From contig JBHGNT010000008.1 of the NCBI GenBank assembly GCA_043228905.1, positions 1,922,001 through 1,986,000 on the forward strand: a DNA stretch of 64,000 bases, written 5' to 3'. Positions 1-13,100 of the stretch are shown here, piece after piece. The notes beneath the pieces are model-generated. The model did not search any database. It was given only the letters and a program-made list of their open reading frames with translations, and was not told where the DNA came from. Numbering within the stretch: the first letter of the stretch is position 1; each line of letters begins with the position of its first letter. Source of the stretch: Azolla caroliniana. Lineage: Eukaryota > Plantae > Polypodiophyta. A program made the translations under genes and the position numbers.

Positions 1-315
1 TACGCGGGAGAGACAGGGAGAGAGAACACAGAAAACTCAATTCAAAATAATACTCAATCTGTACATATACCGTTCTCAGTGAGCACCTTTTATACAAGCC
101 TTGACAATAGGGCTGACACTAGTACTGACAGTACTTGACCACTCATAAATGAGCCTACTACTAGCTCCCAAAATTATTCCTTACGATGAATATCTACCCA
201 ACGGCCTCATGGTTTTCACACCGATACGGCCATGTTATGCGTACCGATTTATGCACCCAGTCTACGCACTAGGTTATGCATCATATTACGCACGAATGTT
301 GAGCTTGTCTCTCAA
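1..315 (-). repeat. Partial Ty1/copia LTR in inverted orientation (runs off the window start)
   Basis: Reverse complement of the LTR at 1372-1770 (AATGTTGAGCTTGTCTCTCAA at ~296-315 vs TTGAGAGACAAGCTCAACATT; shared GAGCACCTTTTATACAAGCC and CCCAAAATTATTCCTTACG). Confidence 0.8.
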
Positions 316-1770
316 GACTTCGTAACCTTGATCGATGACTTCACTCGGCATACCTGGGCATGTACGATCTCGAAAAAGAGCGAAGTCTTTGCGTGTTTCC
401 TGAAGGTGAAAAGGCTTGCGGAAAGGGAAACAGGGCGTAAGATCAAGCGATCGCGTGGTGCAGTAAGAAGCAGCCGACATTAGCATTGTCAAGCACGAAG
501 GCCAAATATCGAGGGGTGACTGTCGCTACATGCGAAGTCCTTTGGCTGAAACCGCTATTACGGGATCTTCATGTGGAGGTGTCCAATCCGACGATGATCT
601 ATTGCGACAACCTCAGTAGCATCCTCCTTGAAAAAACCCTGTATTCCACACCCAGACCAAGCACATTGAGATGCACTACCATTTTGTCCGTGAGCGTGTC
701 CTTTCTGGTGAAGTCGAACTAGCGTATGTTCCGACGGGTCGGCAGATTGCCGACATCTTCACCAAGCCCCTTGGTCTCGACAAGTTGCGGCATTTCTCGG
801 GTGAGTTGGGTTTGCGTCACCTTGGCATTCCGAACTTGAGGGGGAGACAGGAACAAGAGCATGGAAGGAGCGGTAGTGACTGTGGTGTCGAGACGGGTGC
901 AAAATACGATTTCAGGCCGGCTGAAGAAGCTGAAGAAGAAAATAGGGGCCATAATCGCAAGGAAGAGCCGAAGAAAGCCAAACAAAGGGGAAATACAGCC
1001 AAGAAGGGAGTAAAGGCCAAGGCCAAGACGTGGTCTAAGGTTGTCAAGGGCTTGAAACAAAAGACGAATTGGAGACAGCCAATTCGGGCGAAAGTGGAAT
1101 TGAATCGGAAGTGATCGATTCAATCGAAATGTTCAATTCGAACATTACGAATCGATTGAGGGCCAAGCGTAGGAAAGGGCAGCGAAAGAGGCGCCAACAC
1201 CATGATAGCAAGGGAGCTGAGAAGAGCCACATGAGCAGACAAGCCGACCAGAAGGGTCGAAGCGCGTGGAATCGAACGGGTCGAGGAGCGCGAGTGAGGC
1301 GTGAAGCCACGAGAGGCTGGAGTGAAGATCCGGAAAAGCAGATGGAACCTCAAGTTGAGCTTGAGGGGGAGTGTTGAGAGACAAGCTCAACATTGGGTGC
1401 GTAACCTAGTGCGTAGATTGGGTGCGTAAAACCATACGCACAATATGGCCGTAGCAGTGTGTAAACCAAGAGGCCATTAGAATGTTATTCCTCGTAAGGA
1501 ATAATTTTGGGAGTAAGTGGAGGATGCTCATTTATGAACGGTCAAGTACTGTAAGTACTTGTGTCAACCCAATAGTCATGGCTTGTATAAAAGGTGCTCA
1601 CTAAGCACGAAGTATGTACAAAGTGTTATTTTTTCTCGTATAGAATTCTTATCTGCTCTCTCTCTCTCTTTCTCATTTTCTCTGTGTTCTCTATGTTTAC
1701 CGAATTGTCATATTCCCGATCTGCATACTCTGTTTTGTGTCTTACGCATACACTTCCGCACATGCACACA
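316..1770 (+). mobile_element. Internally deleted Ty1/copia remnant: integrase fragment joined to RNase H, charged 3' extension, PPT and 3' LTR
   Basis: FVTLIDDFTRHTW...SEVF (INT) joined at ~448 to AWCSKKQPTLALSSTKAKY...IYCDN...HFVRE...QIADIFTKPL (RNase H). RT is absent. PPT TTGAGGGGGAG at 1361-1371 is followed by TG. Confidence 0.85.
1372..1770 (+). repeat. 3' LTR of the copia remnant (end approximate)
   Basis: Starts TGTTGAGAG right after the PPT, contains TATAAAA, and ends near CTTCCGCACA...CA like the related LTR at 7648. Confidence 0.75.
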
Positions 1771-2063
1771 CACACGTATTCTTTTACATGATTTTAGGTA
1801 GTTTTCAGAAACTTGATACAACAGTATCACATGTTTTAAATAACATATAGAATTTGCTAATTTTTTGAGATTTAATAAGTGTCAAAATGATAATTTCTAA
1901 AATTGAATAGTGTTTCAATAAATGTTTAAATGTTGACAAACTACAGATATGAAATGTAGTTAACTTAAAGAAACTCACAATGGTAATCGCCATTGGGAAT
2001 ACCATTTAAAAAACATGCAACAACACATTTCTCACTCGTAACTCCTGATTTTTGCATTAGGGT

Positions 2064-2432
2064 CTAAGCATGATGCACATAATCCTCGAGAGGGGTAAAT
2101 GGCTTACTCAATAACGTGATCAAGTGTTGCGCTTGTTCAGTTTGAGAAAGTGGTTGCAAGAACTGTTTCTTGAAAACATCGACGAAACCTTCCCAAGTTG
2201 TGGGTAAGTTCTTTGCAGTCCTTAGGCCACGCCACCAAGCAACAACTTGGCCACCTAACTCAGGACTGACATAACCAATGTTTACAGCATCTGGCTTGGG
2301 ATGAAGGTCAAAGTGAGACGCCCAACGACCAACCCAAATGTTAATGGCCTCCTTGGTTCTTTCTTTCTTATCTCCCTTGAATGGCATGACTACAAAAGAA
2401 GGCTCACCTTCTTTCGTGGACTCAATAGTCAA
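2064..2432 (-). pseudogene. Retrotransposon gag (capsid-like) fragment
   Basis: ...LGGQVVAWWRG...PTTWEGFVDVFKKQFL... resembles the Ty3/gypsy Retrotrans_gag pattern. No flanking LTR or pol recognised. Confidence 0.55.
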
Positions 2433-3087
2433 TTCTTGGAATTTTTTTCCAAAGCCATATTGGCTTGCCTCATTTCGGCCAGTTATTTCAAGGTAGTTGT
2501 CAACAATTGCTCAATCGTGATCTCAGCTTGTGTGCGAGATGCGGATTGGAGTTAAAAGGCCTCGGTCGGAGCTACCGCTCCAACACTGTTCAAAACTTGT
2601 TCCATGATGCAAGCCATGTGTACGCAATATAAATAAGGACGTTCAGAAAATATGCAAGCAAAATGAATGCTTGAAATTTTGATTGGAAGAACTTTATCCA
2701 AGAAAGCATCTCACGTCTTTACCCCTCTAGCCATATGAGATGTAATTCGAGATCGGATAACTATGGTAACACTATGGTGTTTTAAAAACCATGGAGGAAA
2801 ACATAGCTAAGATGTCTTTCTCGAATCTTTATCTTGAATAATCATGGTGGCTCCCCAAGGTTCAACCATGGTTCCTCGCTGTTGCGACTCCGACGCTTGT
2901 TGACCCGTCGGTTCCTTCGTGTTGACATCGACTTCCACTGCATCCGTGTCCACTTGGCCTTTAGTTGATCCGGCTTCTCCGAATCTTGAACTGAATTAGT
3001 TTCTTTTGATTCGTTCCAGCTCTTGTCTGAGTCGGTGTTCACCAACTCGTCTTCTGGTCTTAGACCCTTCACCACACCGGACCACGT

Positions 3088-6000
3088 CTAGGTCTTGGCC
3101 ATTTTCTTCCGATCGGCTCTGTCCTTGTTGACGCTGTCGCCGATGCCGCTTGTTCTGACCTTTTCAGATGTGCCGACTCCTTCGGTCGGCTCGGCTTCCT
3201 TTTCCCTCTTGTCTCCCCCTTTGTTGGTTCTTTCTTCCTCTCCGACTCCTTCTCCGGTGCCATCCGTTCCCTTTCCTTTTCTCCCCCTCAAATGCGGCAC
3301 GTCGAGATGCTGAACACCAAGCATTTCGGTGAAGTGCTGCAACTTGTCCGATCTGAGCGGTTTGGTGAAGATATCGGCAATTTGTCGATCCGTCTGAACA
3401 TACCAAAGTTCAACGTCACCGCTACAAAACCCGCTCACGCACGAAGTGATAGTGCACTTCTATGTGCTTCGTCTGAGCATGAAACACGGGGTTCTTGGCG
3501 AGCTAAATGCTCCTCATGTTGTCACAATAGATCAGGATCGGGGTCAAGACCTCAATCCGCAGGTCTTGCAGCAGTCGCCGAAGCCAGATGGCTTCACAGG
3601 TGGCATTGGTAGCGCCCCGATATTCAACCTCAGTGCTCGACAGAGCCACTGTTGGCTGCTTTTTGCTGCTCCACGCAACAACCGCGCTACCCAGAGAAAA
3701 CATTTAACCAAAGGTGGATCGGCGATCCGATGCATCATCGGCCTAGTCGGCATCTGTATGTCCGACTAGTTCTTCGATTATACCATGCCAGTATAATAGT
3801 CCCCAGTCCTTCGTGCCGCTCACATACCGGAGTATCCGATGTGCGCACTGAAGGTGCCCGACGGTCGGCTTCTACATGAACTGGCTAATCACTCCGACTG
3901 GGTAACTGAGGTCGGGTCGAGTGATTGTCAAGTATATCAGACTTCCGACGATTTGTCGAAACCATTTCTCATCGCAGGCCGGTCCGGAGTTGGGATAGAG
4001 CTTTTGGTTTCGGTCCAGGGGTGTAGAGACAAGTTGGCACTCCGTCATACCGAACTTCTACAACATATTCAACACATAGTGTCGTTGTGAGAGCTATATG
4101 CCGTCGGGGGTTCGGATCACCTCGATCCCAAGAAAATAATGAAGGTCCCCCAGGTCCTTCTTTTCAAATGCGTTCAACAGCTGGGACTTTACTCAGGCGA
4201 TTTCATTGAGTCTGGGTCCGGTGATGACTAAATCATCAACATAAAGTAGGATGCAAACCGGACCATCCGGACCTTGCCGGATGAACAACGACGAGTCGGA
4301 TTTAGAGGTCACAAACCCCATCTTATGCAACTAGTGCATGATGTTCGCATTCCAAGCTCGGGGGGCTTGTTTCAGACCGTAAAGCGACTTCTTGAGCCGG
4401 CACACCGCCAACTTGTTCATCTCCGACTGAAAACCGGGAGGTTGGATCATATAGACCCGTTCTTCAAGGTCACCTTGAAGAAACGCATTCTTCTTCTAGT
4501 GAAGATGCCACCCCCTTGCCGCAACAACCGCCAATACCACACGAACCGTCGTCATCTTCACTACCGAGGCGAAGGTCTCATCGTAATCGATTCCCTGGGT
4601 CTGTGTGAATCCCTTCGCCACTAACCGGGCCTTGTACTAGTTAACCGAACCGTCGGCATTGTACTTTACCTTGTACCCCCATTTGCAACCGATCGGTTTA
4701 CAGTGTCGGGGAGGGTCAACGAGGTCCCAAGTGTCATTGGCATCTAATGCCCGCATTTCTTGCTCCATAGAGGCACGCCAATTTGCGTCCTTTGTCGCTT
4801 CTCCATAGCTCTCCGGCTCACGCACTTCCGCCACCTTAGTCATGAACGCATAATGATGCGCCATGTACTCATTGTACCCGTACCGCGTAACGGGGTTCTT
4901 CAAGCGGGAAGACCAGCGTAACTTGGTATTACCCAGTTTGGGGCCCTTCTTGGCCAGGTGAGACTTCGTTCCCGGAGATCCGCCATCATCCTTTCCGGAG
5001 TCGGATGCGCTCCGATCCGACTCAACATTGACGGTTTCGTATTCTGGCATCTTCTTCTTCCCCTTCTCTTTGCGTGTGAACCGTCTCCTCGGTTCCTTGC
5101 ACGGGGAGAGCACGGCAGAGTCTCCACTACTCGCCGGTTCCTAACCCGACTGGTCATCCCGACTCAGTCGCTCATTCGGTCCACTTAGCCGGAATGAGAT
5201 CAAACTCTCTTCTAGAGTGCCGAAGTCTTCATCTTCTACCTGGATCTCCTCGGGCTCACTAGCCTCAGCTTCCGGAATCAGTTCTTCGTTGGGAGTTGGA
5301 GTCAGTAAGGAGTACCATGATGCCGTCTCATCAAACTCGACATCTCGGCTTACTCGGACCTCCTTAGTCTGGGGGTTATAGCACTTATACCCCTTTTGCT
5401 CATGCGAGTAACTAACTAGAATGCACTTCTCCGACCTCGGATCCAGCTTCCTTCGCTTCTCATCCGGTACATGCACATATGCTATGCTACCGAATATCCG
5501 AAGGTGTCTCAAATTTGGCTTTCGCCCGAAATACAACTCATGTGTTGACACCTTGTCACCGATCCGGTTTTGGATGTAGACGGTCGTCCAGACCACCTCA
5601 ACCCAGCATTGCCCTTGCCGCGTCGACAATCGATTGGTTCTTCCTTTCGGCCACACCGTTTTGCTCCAGTGTGTACATGCAACTAGATTCTCTCTAAATT
5701 CCGTTCTGCTGCAGATAACTGTTGAATTGGCCAGAAAATTATTCTTTCCCGCCATCCGACCGGAGGCACTTGATCTTCCTCTCCATTTCCCGTTCAACCA
5801 AGCTTTGAAGGTTCTGGAAACACTCGAAGACTTCGCTCTTCCTCTCGATGAGGTAGATCCACGTGTGTCGGATGTAGTCGTCGATGAAGGAAACGAAATA
5901 CCGACTCCTACCAAGACTAACGTTTTGTGACGGTCCCCATACATCCGAATGAATTAAATCGAGCTTGTTATGGCTCCGGTTTCGATCGGTAGGGAATGGA

Positions 6001-7553
6001 AGCTGGTGTTGCTTCCCGAGTTGGCAGGCTTCACAAATTTCGGCCTTCCGGCCACTAAATTTTGGCAAACCGAAAACGACTTGTTTCGATTGCAGGTCTT
6101 GAAGCCTCTGATAATTGACGTGGCCGATCCGCTTGTGCCACAGGTCGATGTCCAATTGGACCTTCTGCCCTTTCGCAAACATAGTTGTGCCGACATCATT
6201 AGTGTTGAGGATGAACATCCTCCCGTCTCTACGCCCTTGCACAATTATCCAGCCCTCTTCTTCAATGAAGCACCCTAGGTGCGTAAACCACACCTGCATC
6301 CCCTGGTTGACGATTTGCCCAACTGATACCAAGTTCTTTGTGATAGTCGGAACATGTAGTACGTTCATCAGCTTCCCCTTTTGTCCGACATGGCTTAAAG
6401 GGACTTCTCTGACATGCACAATCGGGTGACGGGTGTCGTCTCCGATTTCGACAATCCCCGGTTGTTCTGGTTTCTCCAAAAAAGAGAACCACTCTTCATG
6501 GCTCGTCATGTGGTTGGACGCACCGGAATCAACGTACCATACTTCCTCCGATCCAGAAGTAGTCTTCTTCATCGAGTTAGCCTTGTGCTTCATCACGAAG
6601 GATGACCCTTTACCGGTTTTCCTGGTTCCGGATCCTTCTGATCCTTCCGCATAGTGCAAGCTTTCCCGGTTCTCCCAACCGGTTTTGTCGGATCCGGATT
6701 TGTACAAATCGGCGTGCTTCTTCCAGCACTCGCTTTCCCTATGGCCCTTTTTGCCACATTACCAGCATTCCGTGTCGGCCTTTCCTTGCCTGTTCCCGGC
6801 GCCGCTTTGACTCCCCCTGCTTGTGGAGGGTCTGGAACTATTGTCGGCACAACCTCTGTGCCTCCGGTCCTGCTCTTGTCGGCCGCCTCCATTGCGTGTT
6901 GAACCACCTCATCCACCAGGTCCATGGGGCCGATCTGTCTCTATGTATAGCATCCGGCCGTCCGATTGAGTGGTCCTTGACCCACTCGCGTGATTTTTCT
7001 CAACCATCAGCAACAATTGCAAGTCGAAGGACGGTGGTTTCTCCCGGGTGCAGATAGCTGTCCGGATTGGCCCGTACCTTTGCGCTAGACCACTAAGGCA
7101 GATTTGTACCATCTCGTCTTCGTCCATCGTCACGTTGATGGACCCGAGTGCATCGCAAATCTCCTTTATCTTGGTGGTGTAATCTGTAACCGACATGTCT
7201 CTTTGCCGGATGTTCTTTAGCTCTTGCCGGAGCTGCAACTTACGAGCTGTGGTACTTGTGGTAAAAATTTTCCATAGATTTTCCCAAGCCTCCTTCGGCG
7301 TCTTTGGATCCTTGATGTAGCTGAGCATTTGATCATGCACACTGGACGCGAGACAGTACAGTACCCGACTCCCTCATTGCTCCCATACCGAGAAGTCTTT
7401 GTGTGACGGATCCGATGCTACTTCATTTGTTCCTTCCACGAAGCTCCAATATCCATGCCCCAGCAGGTACTGGTGCATTTTATATGACCAGGATGCGTAG
7501 TTGCTCTAGTCAAGCTTCTCTGTTGGAAGTGAACTCGCCATTCCTCTATCCAT
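3088..7553 (-). pseudogene. Copia gag-pol pseudogene (multiple stops and frameshifts)
   Basis: gag (NYASWSYKMHQYL, zinc knuckle CWxCGKKGHRESEC), PR (WYVDSGASNHM), HHCC (LWHKRIGH...CEACQLGK), INT (IHSDVWGP, FIDDY), RT (PIGCKWGYKVK, LYVDD), RH (SKKQPTVALSSTE, IADIFTKPL). Confidence 0.9.
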
Positions 7554-7635
7554 ATCTTCTCTCTGTCAATTGTTGTCGGGTTCTAGGGTTCGTCTACGAA
7601 AGCAAGTGTCGGCTGCAGAGGTTCTCAACCCTCGC

Positions 7636-7647
7636 GCTCTGATACCA
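7636..7647 (-). promoter_or_regulatory. Primer-binding site, tRNA-iMet
   Basis: TGGTATCAGAGC on the minus strand immediately after the LTR end ...CATTCACA. Confidence 0.9.
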
Positions 7648-7887
7648 TGTGAATGTTAATGTGCGGAAGCGTCAGACAGAACTGGCTCAGCCAAATAGCA
7701 GCAAAAAATGAGATGAAGGTTTAATGGAAAAGCTTCAAACATAGAGGAGACAGAGAGAGCAGAACATAAAACTATATTCAAAAAATAACTCTGAAACTCT
7801 GTACATACAACGTGCTAAACAACACTATTTATACAAGTCCATAAAGGACTAACAGAAGTACTGACAGGTACTTCAATGCTCACACGT
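7648..7887 (-). repeat. Copia 5' LTR, 3' part (interrupted)
   Basis: Abuts the PBS, resembles the LTRs at 1-315 and 1372-1770, and ends in the TSD ACGT (7884-7887). Confidence 0.85.
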
Positions 7888-8533
7888 TGTCGAGGTATTC
7901 CTCGCGGATGCGTGGAATGAGGCGGGACCTCGGGGGTCCTGTACCAAAGAGCAAGAGAGGAGGGGAAGAATCCCTCTACGTGCGAGCGTAGATCCACAGG
8001 GACACGGCCCTTCGACGCAAAGACGCAAGTGGGACAACGACACAGAAAGACACGAATGTATGTATGTATTGACAAAGACAAACAACAAGAACACGAAGAC
8101 AACAAAACACGAAGTCGGTTACAACCGAACAGGCCGGCGAACAGATGCCGATACCTGTTCGTAAACGCACAGAAAGACAGGAACAGGTTGGAGGTGCTGC
8201 CGGAAGCACTCGGGCATTCCTCAGAGCAGCGCGAGCCTCCCGAAACCTGCACAGAAGGAAGCTATGGAGTTTGAGAACCAGAGAGAGAGAGAGAGAGAAG
8301 CCTTCGCACGCAAAACCGACAGCACTCCGTCCTCGACTCTCCGCGATCCCTTCCTCCTCCTCGTCTCCCTCCTTTTATAGGCAAGGAAGGAGTTGTTTCC
8401 CCCTTTACTTCCCCACCTACCGAATCTGCCTGCATAGGATCTTCTATGTACAGCATAAGGCGCACGTGCATGAAGAGCCGGTTCCTAAGCTCCGGTGCAC
8501 CGATTCCGCTTGTGGACGGTTTTCTTCACGACA
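7888..8533 (-). repeat. 3' LTR of the Trp-primed gypsy
   Basis: Direct repeat of 23470-24113 with about 8 substitutions by eye plus a (GA)n length change. Confidence 0.93.
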
Positions 8534-8606
8534 TCCGCCCCCACGTAACCGCGCATCCACCGGCATGCACCAAATTGAGTTGGGATGGAGAAAACCGGTC
8601 CAGCCT

Positions 8607-9672
8607 TTATTCCCCGCTCGTCGGTTCTTCCTCGGTTTCGGATCGTTCATCGTCGCGGTCCAAGTCAACCGGATCCGGCTCGTCGTCGTGACGCTTCTTG
8701 AACGCTTTGATCCGCTTCCCAACTACCGGTATCGCCATTCTCGTACCGTCGAGTTCCGCCAGATGGTACGTCCCGTTGTCGTTGGCACTTTGTACCACGT
8801 AAGGCCCGAACCACCTTCTTGCGAACTTCCGTGTCGCTCGGTGCTGGTTGTCAAGGCTGTTGTCGTAGACTAGCACCCAGTCGCCTTCCTCGATCTTCTT
8901 TGGTCGGAGCCGGTGCGTCCGGTCGAACCGGGCTTTGTTCTTCATCCTTGCCTCCCGAAGCTTTTCCGCAGCCTGCTCCACGTCCTCCGGTCTTCGCTCG
9001 AGCTGTCGTATACGCGCCGCCAGCAGTTCCTCCCGGCTCATCTCGTCTCTCCAGTCCATGGTTGCCCACGAGGAGATCGTTCGTTCCATCGGCATGACCG
9101 GCTTCTGCCCAAACATGAGTTCTGCCGGCATGAATCCGGTTACCGAGCTGTGCGTAGTTCGGTCCGCCCACAACGCGTAAGGCAACAGCCGCGGCCAGTT
9201 CCCGACATGACCTCCGCATGCCCGAACTAACGCCTTGACGATCGGTCCGTGTCCGCTCTCTACCTTCCCATTCGCCTCTGGATTGTATGCAGTGGTAAGC
9301 GAGAGCTTGACTCCTAGCCGGTCGAACAGCTCCTCGGCCTCTTCGGCGTCCAACTCCCCGCGATCAGCCATGATCTTCCCGACGCACCCGTACCGGCATA
9401 TCACGTCCTCGATCAGGAACCGACATACGGCCGTGGTCGTTTTGTTCTGAAGGGCCCGGCCTTCCACCTGGTTTGTCAGATCTTCCCGAGCCAGGACCAG
9501 ATACCGCATCTGTCCGACGCCCATCGGCATCGTCACCAGATCTACCATCCATTTGAAGTGGACGGTCGGAGGGTACGTAGGGTGAAGCTCGTCCCGATGC
9601 CGGACTATGGAGTGCATCTGACAGCTCTCGCAAGTTGTCACGAACTGATGCACGTCACGGTACAGTCCCGGC
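8607..9672 (-). pseudogene. Gypsy integrase, C-terminal part (cut in the HHCC zinc finger by the chromovirus)
   Basis: KYWWPG|LYRDVHQFVTTCESCQ is rejoined across the insertion; WMVDLV, MADRGE, YNPEANGKVE, RWFGPY. Confidence 0.88.
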
Positions 9673-9783
9673 TGTCATGAACAGTACTGAGACAGAGAAG
9701 GAATTAGTACTAAACGAAGGATTAGTACTATGAGAGGTGTGGAACTTCTTCGAGAGAAGGAAGAAGTGAGCGAGACAGAGAGA

Positions 9784-9814
<31 letters not shown>

Positions 9815-10112
9815 TGATGATAAGAAAGATATTTATTATATGAAGAGAATATACAACGGTGGCTAAAAGGCTTAAGACTGGCGTTGAACCAATTTGGTTC
9901 AACATAATGCCTAGTGCCCTCTTTTATAGTGTTTTCAGGAGTAATCCTGAAGCTTCTAGAATGTTCCAGAGAAATCTGGAATATACACTAATTTCCTATA
10001 ATAAAATGTAAATGAAAATAATATCCTACGTATTACAATAGATGGTCTAATGGTCAAGAGCTCGACCCATATAACCTAAGGTCATGGGTTTGAGTCTTGC
10101 CATATCATGACA
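9673..10112 (-). repeat. Chromovirus 3' LTR
   Basis: Near-identical to 18433-18868 (2 substitutions seen outside the GA microsatellite); adjoins the PPT. Confidence 0.93.
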
Positions 10113-13100
10113 CTATCCCCCCTTTAAAACGACGAGTGTCACGAGTCGTCTTGGATTGAGGACCCGGTTTGTGTGGATATTGACGATGGAAGTCTTCAAG
10201 AAGAGCACGAGCATTGGTTACATTCTCGATCGGTTCCCAAGTACGTTCGCTGGGACTATAGCCTAGCCAATCGACTAGATAGTAGAGCTTTTTGCGAACA
10301 ATCTTGGAATCAAGAATGGCGGCAACCTCGTACTCCGGCCCATCTTCAAGCTCGATTGGGGGTGGAGGTTGGATAAGACGTTCTGGGATGGTGCTCTCGT
10401 GGTAGGGTTCGAAGAGAGAACTATGAAACACCGGATGTATCCGAAGTTGAGGAGGTAGATCGAGACGAAAAGCAACATCATTAATCTTTCCAATAATACG
10501 GAAAGGACCTAATCGCCGATAATCCAACTTCTCACATGGGCGAGTAGTCTTGATGTGTCGTCGTAGCAACCACACCCGATCTCCAATATTAAAACTAGAT
10601 GGAAGTCGATGACGATCCGCGTAGACCTTGTGTGTTTGTTGAGCTTGCTGGAGATGAGTAGATAAATCCGCTTGTATCTTGCGTAACCGCTCCAAACGAT
10701 CCTCCGCGCACGGATTTGTGGACACCCCTGGGGTTTCAAGTACACTCCACCGGGGGTGACATCCCGTATAAGCATAAAATGGCGTAACTTTAGTGGATGC
10801 GTGGATAGAGTTGTTATAGGCAAATTCGGCGAAGTGGAGAATATCTGCCCAGTCGTCCTGATGATAGCTGAGAAAGCACCGCAGATACTGTTCCAACGTT
10901 TGATTTGTTCGTTCAGCTTGGCCGTCAGTTTGTGGGTGCTAGCCGGAAGAGAGGTTACAAGTGACCTTGAGCATGTTAAAAAGGTGCTTCCAGAATTTTG
11001 ACACGAACTGGGGTCCACGGTCGCTGATGATACTATCGGGGAGTCCATGATGCCGACATACTTCACGCATGACAATTTCGGCAGTGTCTTCACTGGAGAT
11101 CTCCTTAGTACATGGCAAGAAATGAGCCATCTTCGTATATCGATCGACCACCGTTAGAATCGCATTGAACCCCTTAGAGACTGGAAGATCTGTGATGAAG
11201 TCTAGAGCAATGGATTGCCACGGCTTGCTTGGAATTGATAATGGTTCTAATAAACCATATGGATGATGCCTTGGCATTTTCGCTCTGCAACATGTATCAC
11301 AAGTCCGAACAAAATCCTCGACAAATTGTCGCATACAGGGCCACCAGAATGATCGTTGTACTAAATGTAATGTTTTAGTACTACCAAAATGCCCAGCTGT
11401 ATATGTGTCATGACAGTTTTGTACTACTCGAAGGCGGCAAGAACCATTAGGAACATACAAAAGTTCTTTAAAGAAGAGTAATCCATCATGGTATTTGAAT
11501 TGCCGATAGTCCGTACCTGGTGGTTGCGACTGTGAACACAACGCTCGAGAGGGATCAATTTGTGCTAGTATAGCTTGGGCGAACGCATCTGTCTTCAAGT
11601 CTTCACGTATGGTATCGATAATGCGGGAATCCATAGGCATGTCAAAGATTTGTGTTGCTTGTAATCGTGCCGGTCCCAAGATGACTTGTTTTTGGTTATC
11701 GAAAGCTGGCTTGCCGGGACGGGGTGCTAGATACGAACGCCGTGATAATGCATCTGCCTTCCCTTGGTGCCTCCCCGGACGATATGTAATTTTGAAGTCG
11801 AAACGCGTGAGGAAGTGGGCCCACCGAGCTTGACGTCGATTCAACACACGAGCATCCTGAAAGTAGGCAAGATTCTTGTGGTCACTAAATACGGTGACTG
11901 GATGAGAGGATCCCTCCAGAAAATGCCTCCATTGCATAAAAGAATCCACTATTGCCAATAGCTCCTTATCATGGATTTTGTAGTTGATTTCGGCGGCATC
12001 AAACTTGCGTGAGTGAAAAGCCACAGGATGTAGCTTTTCATCATTCCCCTGTTGTGACAGAATGCTCCCCAATGCAAAATCCGATGCGTCAGCTTCGATA
12101 ATGAATGGTTTCTCCGGATCGACATGAGCTAGAATTGGAGCCGATGTAAATGCTTTTTTAAGACTCTCGAAAGCCATGTCCGTTTCTTCAGACCAGGTGA
12201 ACGGTTGTCCCTTCCTGGTAAGTTGTGTGAGAGGTAGAACGATCTTTGAGTAATCCTGTATGAACTTCCGGTAAAAATTGGCAAAGCCTAAGAAGCATTG
12301 CACATCCCGTACCGAACGCGGAGTCTGCCATTCTACCACCGTTCTAACCTTAGCTGGGTCCATGGAGATGCCTTCTGACGAAATGATGTAGCCAAGAAAT
12401 TCCACTTGGTTGCACCCGAAACTACATTTTTCTAGCTTTGCATACAAACCATGTTCTCGAAGTCATTTTAGTACTAATAGTACATGAGAATCATGTTCTT
12501 CTTGGGTCTTTGAATAAACCAGTAGATCATCCAAATAGATGATCAAACAATCATCCAATAGATCTCGGAATATATCATTAGCCATGTGCTGGAAGACTGC
12601 CGGCGCATTAGTGAGGCCGAACGGCATGACAGTATACTCGAAGTGCCCATATCTGGTGCAAAATGCGGTCTTCCATTCGTCTCCTGGTCGGATCCGTACG
12701 AGGTTATATGCTCCCCGTAAGTCGATCTTCGTGAAGAACCTGGCACCATTGATCCGTTCTAAAAGACTTGAGATAAGGGGAAGAGCATACCTATTCCTGA
12801 TTGTAACCTTATTCAAGCCACGGTAATCTACAACGAGACGAAGCGATCCATCTTTTTTCTTGACGAAGAAAATGGGCGCACCGGCTGGAGATTTCGAATG
12901 CCGAATGAAACCATTTTCCAAATTCTCCTCTATATAGGCCCGAAGGACTTCCAGCTCGGTTGGTGACAAATTGTAGATCGGTCCCCATGGCGGCTCTTTT
13001 CCCGGTTGTAAATCGATGGGGCAATCGTACGGTCGATGATGAGGAAGTGTGTTGGCTTGTACTTTATCGAACACATCGGTGTAATGGCGATACTTCTCGG

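Noticed and set aside
10939-12465. In-frame stops in chromovirus pol as read-through or editing sites
   Set aside because: They replace expected residues by single substitutions, consistent with ordinary decay.
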